Part shown: positions 25,899-34,380 of the stretch, one piece after another
How positions within the stretch are numbered: position 1 is the first letter of the stretch
Layout: each line of letters begins with the position of its first letter
From: Sphingomonadaceae bacterium
Lineage (GTDB): Bacteria; Pseudomonadota; Alphaproteobacteria; Sphingomonadales; Sphingomonadaceae
NCBI GenBank assembly: GCA_009920915.1
Contig: RFZB01000001.1
Span: 2,025-66,024 of the forward strand
DNA: 64,000 nucleotides
Direction: 5' to 3'
The notes under the pieces: model-generated
Told to the model about the DNA's origin: nothing
Seen by the model: the letters and a program-made list of their open reading frames with translations, nothing else
The model's database searches: none
Program-made: the position numbers and the translations under genes

Positions 25899-28627
25899 GG
25901 AGGCGGGCTCCCTCGGCATCGTAGAAGGTCATGGAACGGACTGTTGCCACATGAGTCTTGTCGGGCATGGGAACGTAAATCTTCTGCCCCATCATGTTAT
26001 GGCCCCCAGCAACGAGCGCCAGGGCAATGGACCGGCCGAGTGTGTCGCTCCAATAGGAGGAGGTGACATGGCCAATCATGGTCATTGGGACTGGCTGGTT
26101 CAGGTCCGCCACAATCTGCGCCCCTTCTTCCAGAACGATATTGGGATCGTCGGTGAACAGGCCAACCAGCTGTTTGCGCCCGGACGCCACAAGATCGGGG
26201 CGAGCGAGCGATCTTTTGCCAACAAAATCAGCCTTTTTCTTGCCCACAGCCCAATCAAGCCCGGCATCGAATGGCGTCACAGTTCCATCGGTATCCTGCC
26301 CGACGATGATAAAGCCTTTTTCCGCGCGCAGCACGTGCATCGTCTCTGTACCATAGGGCGTGATGTCATACTCCTTCGCGGACCGCCATGTGCGGAAAAG
26401 CTTCGGGCGATAGGTCGATTCTCTCAACCAGCGGCTCTAACAGCTTGCGCGCCATCGGGCCTTGCAGGGCGATAACGGCATATTGTTCGGTCGTGCTGGT
26501 TAGCCAGACATTCAGATCGGGCCATTCGGTCTGGAGATAATCCTCCATCATGTTCAGCACGCGGGCGGCACCGCCCGTGGTGGTGGTCAGGTGGAAGCGA
26601 TCTTCCGCCAACCGCGCTGAGACACCGTCATCCGTGATGAAGCCATCTTCTTTCAGCAGCAGGCCATAGCGGCACCGGCCCGGCTCCAGCGATTTCCACG
26701 GGTTAGTATACATGCGGTTTATGAATTCCGCCGCATCAGGGCCGACAACTTCAATTTTGCCCAGTGTCGACGCATCGAAAATGCCAACCGATTGGCGCAC
26801 CGCCCGGCATTCGCGGTTGACGGCCGCGTGCATATCTTCGCCCGGCTGCGGGAAGTAGCGCGCCCGCCGCCATTGGGCGACAAGTTCAAACACGGCCCCA
26901 TTGTCTTCAGCCCAGCTGTCGATATTGGTTTTGCGTGTTGGCTGGAACAAGGCGCCCTTTGCATGGCCCGCCAAAGCGCCAAAACTTTGCGGCGTATAAG
27001 GCGGGCGGAACGTTGTCAGGCCTATCTCAGGAACAGGCCGCGCCAGTGCCGTTGAGGCAATTTGTAAGCCGTTGAGGTTGGATGTTTTGCCTTGGTCAGT
27101 CGCCATCCCATTGGTGGTGTAGCGCTTAATATGCTCAATCGACCGAAAGCCTTCTTGGATGGCAAGGCGGATGTCCTTTGCCGTCACGTCATTTTGAAAG
27201 TCCACAAACGCCTTGATCCGGCGGGGATCCTTGGGCGTGGGCAGGGCATCTATGGTGAGGCCAGAGCCAAAATCCCAATTGCCGGCGCACGCACCCACGC
27301 ACCGTACCTTTTCAGCGGGACGGGCGGGCACAAAGGCGCCAATATCTTCGCGCCAGTCCAGACTGCCCTTGCTGTGTGACCACAGATGGACAGTTGGGGT
27401 CCAGCCACCCGCCATCAGCACGGCATCACAGGGCAGGGTGGTGCGGCCTGTGCCATCGTTCGCTGCAATCTCAATCGATTGAACAGCATGGCGGCCCGTG
27501 ACGCCAATCACGCTCTGCCCAAGCCGGACTGGGATACCAAGGGCGGCCGCCTGATCGTGCAGGGGACGCGCCACCTCTGATCGCACATCAATAATCGCGG
27601 CAATGCCAACGCCAGATTGCTTGAGCAAAAAGGCATCACGCCAGCCACTATCATGGCTGGTCATCACGGCGGCAGACTGGCCCACGGCAACGCCATAGCG
27701 CACAGCAAATGTCTTGGCGGCTGAGGCCAGCATCACGCCGGGCGTATCATTGCCATCAAAAACCAAAGGCCGTTCAATAGCGCCTTGTGCCAAGATGACG
27801 TCGCCTGCGCGAATACGCCACAGCTTCTCCCGCGGCCCATGCCCCGGTTCTGATTGGTGGTCCGTCAGCCGTTCAACAGCCCCAATGAAGTTGTCGTGAA
27901 AATAACCAAAGGCCGTTGTCCGCGTGAGCAGCGTGACATTGGGGGCATCGGCAAGCGCTTGCAGGCTGCGCTCGAGCCAAGCCCAAAGGCATGGGTCGGC
28001 CAATGCGCCGCCGCCGGCTTCAGGCTGCTCATCAATCAGAATGACGCGTTTCTTGGTGCCAGCCGCCTCGAGCGCGGCATCAATACCGGCAGGCCCCGCA
28101 CCGATGATCAGCAAATCACAATGGGCATAGGTGGCCGAGTAATGATCGGGATCATCCTCTGTTGGCGGATTGCCAAGGCCCGCCATTTGGCGAATGGCAG
28201 GTTCATACAGCTTTTCCCAAAAGGATCGCGGCCACATGAAGGTCTTGTTGTAGAACCCTGCGGGGAAGAACATCCCCAGCCGGTCATTAATCGCGCCAAA
28301 ATCAAAGCGAAGCGACGGCCAGCGGTTTTGGCTGGTCGCCTTTAGCCCATGATAGGCTTCAATGCTGGTGGCGCGCAGATTGGGCGTGAAGCGGCCCGGG
28401 CCACGCGTCACAGAGATGAGGGCGTTGGGCTCTTCGCTGCCTGCTCCAACAAGGCCGCGTGGGCGGTGATATTTGAAAGACCGGCCAAAGAGTTGCACGC
28501 CATTTGCCAGCAGCGCCGAGGCCAATGTGTCGCCCTCAAAGCCCTGATAGCTTTTGCCATCAAAGGTGAACGTCAGCGGCGCCGCGCGATTGATGCGACC
28601 GCCTTGTGGTAAGCGATAGCTGGTCAT
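25891..28627 (-). pseudogene. soxA: sarcosine oxidase alpha subunit (copy 2), interrupted by an about 40-codon internal deletion plus frameshift near 26370-26377
   Basis: The 753-aa ORF is canonical SoxA up to FPHMAVREG and then stops. Another frame resumes KEYDITPYGTETMHVLRAEKG through to the normal C-terminus FYDAEGARLHV. The intervening SxxGExxxE segment, present in soxA copy 1, is missing. Confidence 0.82.
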
Positions 28628-28896
28628 TTGCGCGGTTCCCCAGCTTTATAGGTCGTCTCAAACTTATCGGTCACGGTGTCCCGCACAGCATTGAAAAAGC
28701 GGCCACAGCCATGGCTGTGCCGCCAGCGTTCATGATGCCGCCCGCGTGGATTGTTGCGAATGAACAAATAACGTTCCCACTCCGCATCGCTCATCGCGCT
28801 TGGGTCAAGCGGGCGGGCAATATGGGCCTCGCCGCCATAAGCGAATTCAATTTCGGGACGATCTTCGTCGCAATAGGGACAATGGATCAAAATCAT
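28624..28896 (-). CDS. soxD: sarcosine oxidase delta subunit (copy 2)
   Basis: MILIHCPYC...RNNPRG...WRHSHGCGRFFNAVRDTVT; start at ATG 28896. Confidence 0.93.
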   Translation of the reverse strand: MILIHCPYCDEDRPEIEFAYGGEAHIARPLDPSAMSDAEWERYLFIRNNPRGRHHERWRHSHGCGRFFNAVRDTVTDKFETTYKAGEPRK

Positions 28897-28897
28897 A

Positions 28898-30151
28898 TCA
28901 GTGCGCCACCGCTGCTGCTGCCGCTTCATCAATCAGCCGACCATTGCGGAACCGATCCAGATTGAAGGGCGCGTTGATGGGATGGGGTTCGTCTTTGGCC
29001 ATGGTGTAGGCGAGCAAGTCCCCCGCGCCCGGCGTGGCTTTGAAGCCACCTGTGCCCCAGCCGCAATTCACATACAGACCCTGAACCGGCGTTTTGCCAA
29101 GAATGGGGGAGCGATCGGGCGTCACATCGACAATGCCGCCCCATGTCCGCAGCATCCGCATCCGCCGGAAAATTGGGAAAATTTCACAGATGGCCGCCAG
29201 CGTATGTTCCACAATGTGAAGGGCGCCACGCTGGGAATAGCTGACATATTGGTCCGTTCCCGCGCCAATCACCAGCTCTCCCTTATCTGATTGGCTCATA
29301 TAGGCATGGACGGTATTGGACATGACAACGCAGGGGAAAATCGGCTTTACCGGCTCAGACACGAGCGCTTGTAGCGGATAGCTCTCCAACGGGAAGTCTA
29401 GTCCAGCCATTTGCATGATGACCGATGTGTTGCCCGCCGCCGACACCCCAATACGTTTGCAGGCAATGGACCCACGCGTTGTTTCAACGCCGGTGACAGC
29501 CCCGTCTGGTCCGCGATTAATGCCTGTAACAGCGCAATTCTGAATAACATCAACGCCCAAGGCCGCAGCCGCACGTGCATAGCCCCACGCCACAGTATCG
29601 TGGCGCGCGGTGCCGCCGCGCCGTTGCAGCGCTGCGCCCAGCACGGGATAGCGGGCATCAGGTGAGATGTTGAGCGGCGGGCAATAGGCTTTGGCCTCTT
29701 CGGGTGTCAGCCATTCATTGTCGACGCCATTTAGGCGATTGGCATGAATATGCCGCTTAAAGCTTTGAATATCATGCACATTGTGCGCGAGCATCATGAC
29801 GCCGCGCTTGGAATACATGGTGTTGTAATTCAGCTCTTGGCTCAGCCCATCCCACAGTTTGACCGCGTGATCATAAAGATGCGCGCTTTCATCATAGAGA
29901 TAATTGGATCGGATGATCGTGGTATTGCGGCCTGTATTGCCGCCGCCAATCCAGCCTTTTTCGAGCACCGCGACCTTTGTAATCCCGTATTTTTTGGCGA
30001 GATAATAGGCAGCACCCAGGCCATGACCGCCGCCGCCCACAATGATGGCGTCATAGGCAGGCTTAGGGGCAGCGTCGGGCCATTGTTCGGGCCAATCTTT
30101 ATGGCCATTGAGAGCCTTTGCGATGAGGCTGATCGCGCTAAACCGTGTCAT
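28898..30151 (-). CDS. soxB: sarcosine oxidase beta subunit (copy 2, canonical-looking)
   Basis: [35 protein letters not shown] and [14 protein letters not shown]. Confidence 0.93.
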   Translation of the reverse strand: MTRFSAISLIAKALNGHKDWPEQWPDAAPKPAYDAIIVGGGGHGLGAAYYLAKKYGITKVAVLEKGWIGGGNTGRNTTIIRSNYLYDESAHLYDHAVKLWDGLSQELNYNTMYSKRGVMMLAHNVHDIQSFKRHIHANRLNGVDNEWLTPEEAKAYCPPLNISPDARYPVLGAALQRRGGTARHDTVAWGYARAAAALGVDVIQNCAVTGINRGPDGAVTGVETTRGSIACKRIGVSAAGNTSVIMQMAGLDFPLESYPLQALVSEPVKPIFPCVVMSNTVHAYMSQSDKGELVIGAGTDQYVSYSQRGALHIVEHTLAAICEIFPIFRRMRMLRTWGGIVDVTPDRSPILGKTPVQGLYVNCGWGTGGFKATPGAGDLLAYTMAKDEPHPINAPFNLDRFRNGRLIDEAAAAAVAH

Positions 30152-30471
30152 GCCTTGGCTCCTGCCAGCGGCGTATATGTGATCAACATTCTACACCCGT
30201 TCTTACTGCCGGCCCGGTGCAGGGTGCCTGGCATACGCAGGACAAAATCGCCCGGACCATAGCTTGCGTCATCATCAAAGAAATCGCCCTCAAGCACATA
30301 AATTTGCTCAATTTCATCATGCGCGTGCAACAGACCTAAAGGGCCGGGTTCGGCCTTTAGGATCATCGTGCGATAGCCCCGTGGGTCATCAATCAGCGAC
30401 AAAGTGTCGCTGCCCGCGGGCCATGCGCCGGCAGGAATTTTGAGTGACCCATGAGGCGGCAGATGCGCCAT
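30148..30471 (-). CDS. small cupin-domain protein (ChrR-like cupin)
   Basis: 107 aa with cupin motifs [16 protein letters not shown] and [12 protein letters not shown]. Coupled to the genes on both sides (TAATG and ATGA). Confidence 0.8.
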   Translation of the reverse strand: MAHLPPHGSLKIPAGAWPAGSDTLSLIDDPRGYRTMILKAEPGPLGLLHAHDEIEQIYVLEGDFFDDDASYGPGDFVLRMPGTLHRAGSKNGCRMLITYTPLAGAKA

Positions 30472-31718
30472 TAGGACGCCTTGGTCAGCGCGGCTTTTGC
30501 GCGGTCCACATAAAAATCTTTGAAATCTTCAACCAGCTTTTCTTCCACGGCATAGCTGCCGGGGCGATAGCCATCGGTTGAAATGCCGCGGTGATTGATG
30601 GCGGAAAAATGCCCGTCCTGCTCATTTGTCCGCCGCCAAAGCGCCGCCAGATGGTCTGAATCATAATCCACGCCTTCCACTGCGTCTTCATGGACAAGCC
30701 AACTGGTGCGCAACAGCGTCTTATCTGCGGCCACGGGGGTCAGCGAGAAGGTGACGACATGATCGCAGCAGAAATGGCTCCAGCTATTGGGTTGGGTCCA
30801 GACGGACAGGCTAGAGCTTTCTGGCACTGAGAAGGGGCCAATCAGCTTTTTGCAGGCCAGCTTGCCATCAATGGATTGGGTTACCGCGCCATTGGCAAGC
30901 GGCAGGCGCGCCATGCGGTGCCACCAGCCATCGGGAAACTCAATCAAATCACGGAAAATGCCCATATCTTTCCACTGGGCGCGCTTTGCCTCCACCATGG
31001 CGTCGAATGCGCGGTCATCAACAACATCTTCCTCGCCATCTTCAGGCAGGCCTTTGCCAAAGCCATAGGTGCCCAGCACGCTGATCAATTCCGGGTGACC
31101 GCCATCGCAGTGATAGCATTCCCGGTTGTTTTCCATAACCAGCTTCCAATTGGCGTCTTCGATGTAATTATCCTGCACTGCGACTTTGCAGCGCTCCAGA
31201 TCATAGACGGCAATTTGGTCAACAATGTCGGCTTTTACCCGGTCAATTGGCGGGGGATTATCATCCATGCAGATAAAGATCATGCCGCCCAGATTTTCCA
31301 GCGCGACAGGGGCAAGGCCATTGTCCTTTTTGTCAAAGCCCTCTGGCATCCCGCGTGCGGCGAGCAATGCGCCATCTAGGCCATAGCTCCATTGGTGATA
31401 GGGACAGGTGAGGCGCGGCGTGCGGCCCCGCTGCTCCTCACAAATCCGCGCGCCACGGTGGCGGCAGCTGTTCCAAAAGGCACGCACTTCATTGTCCCGC
31501 CCGCGCACAATGATGATGGAGTTGTGTGCAACTTCAAACAGGAAATAATCGCCCGGATTTTTCACATGCGCGACAGTGCAGGCGTAAAGCCAAACTGACT
31601 TTAGCATCACCTGCGTGTCGAATTTGAACGCCTCTTCGCTGACATACAGGTCGCGGGGGAGAGTCATTCCCTTGCGGTTCTGGTTCAGCAACTGAGCAAT
31701 TGGTTCAAAGCGGGACAT
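30471..31718 (-). CDS. Rieske oxygenase alpha subunit #2 (GbcA-like, probable glycine betaine demethylase)
   Basis: CRHRG...CPYHQW, ENNRECYHC...HPEL and WLVHEDAVEGVDYD...EQD. It lies in an operon with a DMG dehydrogenase-like gene, soxBDAG and betA. Confidence 0.9.
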   Translation of the reverse strand: MSRFEPIAQLLNQNRKGMTLPRDLYVSEEAFKFDTQVMLKSVWLYACTVAHVKNPGDYFLFEVAHNSIIIVRGRDNEVRAFWNSCRHRGARICEEQRGRTPRLTCPYHQWSYGLDGALLAARGMPEGFDKKDNGLAPVALENLGGMIFICMDDNPPPIDRVKADIVDQIAVYDLERCKVAVQDNYIEDANWKLVMENNRECYHCDGGHPELISVLGTYGFGKGLPEDGEEDVVDDRAFDAMVEAKRAQWKDMGIFRDLIEFPDGWWHRMARLPLANGAVTQSIDGKLACKKLIGPFSVPESSSLSVWTQPNSWSHFCCDHVVTFSLTPVAADKTLLRTSWLVHEDAVEGVDYDSDHLAALWRRTNEQDGHFSAINHRGISTDGYRPGSYAVEEKLVEDFKDFYVDRAKAALTKAS

Positions 31719-31723
31719 AGGCC

Positions 31724-34231
31724 TTAGCTCCTGAGCGCGGTGTTATCCGGGTCAAAGGGTGAATCAGGAATGATTGTTGCCCGATGCAGCGTGCCGAGAA
31801 TGGCAATGTCAAACTCGGCGCCTTCAACCGCAAGCTCGGGCCGGATCATCGCCAGCGCCAGGCTTTTGCCAACGCGCCAGCCATAGCCACCCGAGGTTGC
31901 ACGCCCAACAATCTCGCCATTTTGATAAATCGCTTCTGATCCGCGCGCATCGGCGTCGGTCACGCCATGGACTTCCAGAGTGACCAGCTTGTTGGCGGCC
32001 CCTTTGGCTTGCCATGCCAGCAGAGCATCCTTGCCATAAAAGTCGGGCTTTTTAAGGCTGATGAAGCGATCAAGCCCGCTTTCATAGGCGGAATATTCGA
32101 TCGAAAGCTCTCTTGGGATGAGTTTATAGCTCTTTTCCAGAGCCATGGAGGTCATCGCGCGGATGCCGAAGGGCTTAATGTTAAATTCTGCGCCGGCCTC
32201 CATCAAAAGGTCGAAGATATAGTTTTGCATTTCAATGGGATGGTGGATTTCCCAGCCAAGTTCACCAATGAAGTTAACACGCAGGGCATCAACTTGTGCC
32301 ACGCCAAGGCTGATCCTTTGGCCCGTCAGCCATGGGAATGCGGCGTTAGATAGATCTGCATCTGTAATCTTTTGCAGCGTGTCGCGCGCGCGCGGGCCTG
32401 CCAGCACCAGCACGCCCATCGCCGTGGTTAGCCGTTCAAAATTGACGGAGCCATCACGCGGCATCGCCTTTTTGAGATAATCATGGTCATGCCGTTCATA
32501 CGCGCCTGCGGAGACAAGGTAATAACGCTGCGGTGCGACCTTATAGACAGTAAATTCGCTGCGCACGCCGCCCTTGGACGTCAGCAAATAAGACAAGGTG
32601 ACGCGGCCGACTTTCTTAGGCACGGCATTGGTCAGCAGGCCATCCAGCCAGCTTTCCGCGCCGGGGCCAGAAATTTCGCACTTGGCAAAGGCACTCATAT
32701 CCTGAATGCCAACATTTTCAGTAACATGGCGGCATTCATTGCCAACATGTTCGAAGTAATTGGACCGGCGGAACGACCATTTTTCGCGGATCGCTTCACC
32801 CGGCACAACGGGGTGATTGTCGTTCAACAGAACGTCCGGTTTGTTGAGGTCAGCGGCAGTGAGTTCATAGCCCGGTGGGGCGAACCAATTTGGCCGCTCC
32901 CAGCCAAAGACCGAGCCGAAAACAGCGCCCAGCGCCTTCATCCGGTCATAGCAAGGGGTGCGGCGCAGCGCCCGGGCTACTTCACGCTCTTCATCAGGAT
33001 AATGGACGGTGAAGACCTTGGCATAGGCTTCCTCATTTTTCTTAATGAGATAGCCACGGCCCGCATAATCGCCAAAGCGCCGGGGGTCGACGCCCATCAT
33101 ATCAATGCTGGGTTCGCCTTCGACAATCCAGTGGGCCAATTGCCATCCCGCGCCGCCGGCTGCCGTGACGCCAAAGCTATGGCCTTCATTGAGCCAGAAA
33201 TTCTTAAGGCCCCAGGCCGGGCCAACAATGGGGGACCCATCCGGCGTATAGGCAATGGCCCCGTTATAAACTTTCTTGATGCCCACTTCGCCAAAGGCGG
33301 GCACGCGGTTCATAGCGGCCAGAACATAAGGCTCTAGTCGTTCCAGCGCATCGGGGAAAAGCTCATATTCGCTATTGGCAGCGGGGCCATCGACGTAACA
33401 AGCAGGTGCACCAACTTCATAGGGGCCAAGCAACAGGCCGCCCGCTTCTTCGCGCATATAATAGCTGGCGTCAGATTCCCGCAAAACCCCCATTTCCGGC
33501 AGGCCTTGCTTTTTGCGCTCCATGATAGCCGGGTGTTGTTCCGTCACGATATATTGGTGCTCAACGGGGATCACGGGAATATCGAGGCCCACCATCGCGC
33601 CGGTCTGGCGCGCGAAATTGCCGGAACAGGAAATGACGTGCTCGCACACAATATCGCCTTGATCCGTTGAGACGCACCATTCGCCATTGGGCAGCTGGGT
33701 GATCGCGGTGACCGTTGTGTTGCGGTAAATTGTTGCCCCGCGTTGCCGTGCGCCCTTGGCCAGCGCCTGCGTCAAGTCCGCGGGCTGAATATAGCCATCC
33801 TGCGGATGCTGGATTGCGCCGATAACGCCATCCGTATTGCACAAGGGCCAAATGTCTTTGACCTGCTCAGGCGTTAAAAAGTTGACATCGACGCCAATGG
33901 TGCGGGCAACCCCGGCATAATAATGATATTCATCCAGCCGATCCTGCGTAGTCGCCAAGCGGATATTGGTAACTTGCGAAAACCCGACATTAAGGCCAGT
34001 TTCTTCCTCAAGGCTGGGGTAGAGGCCGACGGAATATTGGTGCAGTTTGCCGACAGAATAGCTGAGATTGAAAAGAGGGAGCAATCCCGCCGCGTGCCAA
34101 GTTGAGCCAGAGGTGAGTTCTTTCCGCTCAAGCAGGACAACGTCGCTCCATCCCATTTTTGCAAGGTGATAGAGCGTACTGACGCCCACTACGCCGCCGC
34201 CAATAACCACTGCCCGCGCTGTCGATTTCAT
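31724..34231 (-). CDS. FAD-dependent GcvT-domain dehydrogenase #1 (dimethylglycine dehydrogenase-like)
   Basis: VIGGGVVG, LTSGSTWHAAG (flavinylated His context), YTPDG, FGWERPNWF and C-terminal GcvT domain RVNFIGELGWEIH. Start at ATG 34231. Confidence 0.9.
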   Translation of the reverse strand: MKSTARAVVIGGGVVGVSTLYHLAKMGWSDVVLLERKELTSGSTWHAAGLLPLFNLSYSVGKLHQYSVGLYPSLEEETGLNVGFSQVTNIRLATTQDRLDEYHYYAGVARTIGVDVNFLTPEQVKDIWPLCNTDGVIGAIQHPQDGYIQPADLTQALAKGARQRGATIYRNTTVTAITQLPNGEWCVSTDQGDIVCEHVISCSGNFARQTGAMVGLDIPVIPVEHQYIVTEQHPAIMERKKQGLPEMGVLRESDASYYMREEAGGLLLGPYEVGAPACYVDGPAANSEYELFPDALERLEPYVLAAMNRVPAFGEVGIKKVYNGAIAYTPDGSPIVGPAWGLKNFWLNEGHSFGVTAAGGAGWQLAHWIVEGEPSIDMMGVDPRRFGDYAGRGYLIKKNEEAYAKVFTVHYPDEEREVARALRRTPCYDRMKALGAVFGSVFGWERPNWFAPPGYELTAADLNKPDVLLNDNHPVVPGEAIREKWSFRRSNYFEHVGNECRHVTENVGIQDMSAFAKCEISGPGAESWLDGLLTNAVPKKVGRVTLSYLLTSKGGVRSEFTVYKVAPQRYYLVSAGAYERHDHDYLKKAMPRDGSVNFERLTTAMGVLVLAGPRARDTLQKITDADLSNAAFPWLTGQRISLGVAQVDALRVNFIGELGWEIHHPIEMQNYIFDLLMEAGAEFNIKPFGIRAMTSMALEKSYKLIPRELSIEYSAYESGLDRFISLKKPDFYGKDALLAWQAKGAANKLVTLEVHGVTDADARGSEAIYQNGEIVGRATSGGYGWRVGKSLALAMIRPELAVEGAEFDIAILGTLHRATIIPDSPFDPDNTALRS

Positions 34232-34323
34232 AACCACTGCCTAACCGATCCAAATTGCATCGTGATTGGCCCGCTATGTCAGCCGACGCTATGGTTCGAC
34301 AACTCTGGGCGCGCACCCAAGCC

Positions 34324-34356
34324 AATATATAAGACAATCTTATGTATTATATAAGC
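34324..34356. promoter_or_regulatory. AT-rich LysR-type operator AATATATAAGA-CAA-TCTTATGTATT plus an adjacent ATAAG half-site, upstream of the choline/betaine operon
   Basis: 10 of 11 bp dyad with a TAAGA-N3-TCTTA (T-N11-A) core, about 90-120 bp upstream of the dehydrogenase start. Confidence 0.55.
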
Positions 34357-34380
34357 AATAACAAATTTGGGGGACGACCC

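Noticed and set aside
26366-26427. Programmed ribosomal frameshift in soxA2 (an AAGGAG SD-like word lies at the junction)
   Set aside because: About 40 conserved codons are physically absent, so recoding could not restore the protein.
34238-34320. Glycine, SAM or THF riboswitch in the leaders of the demethylase operons
   Set aside because: I could not recognise any consensus by eye here or at 47403-47566 or 62261-62370. An Rfam/Infernal scan would be decisive.
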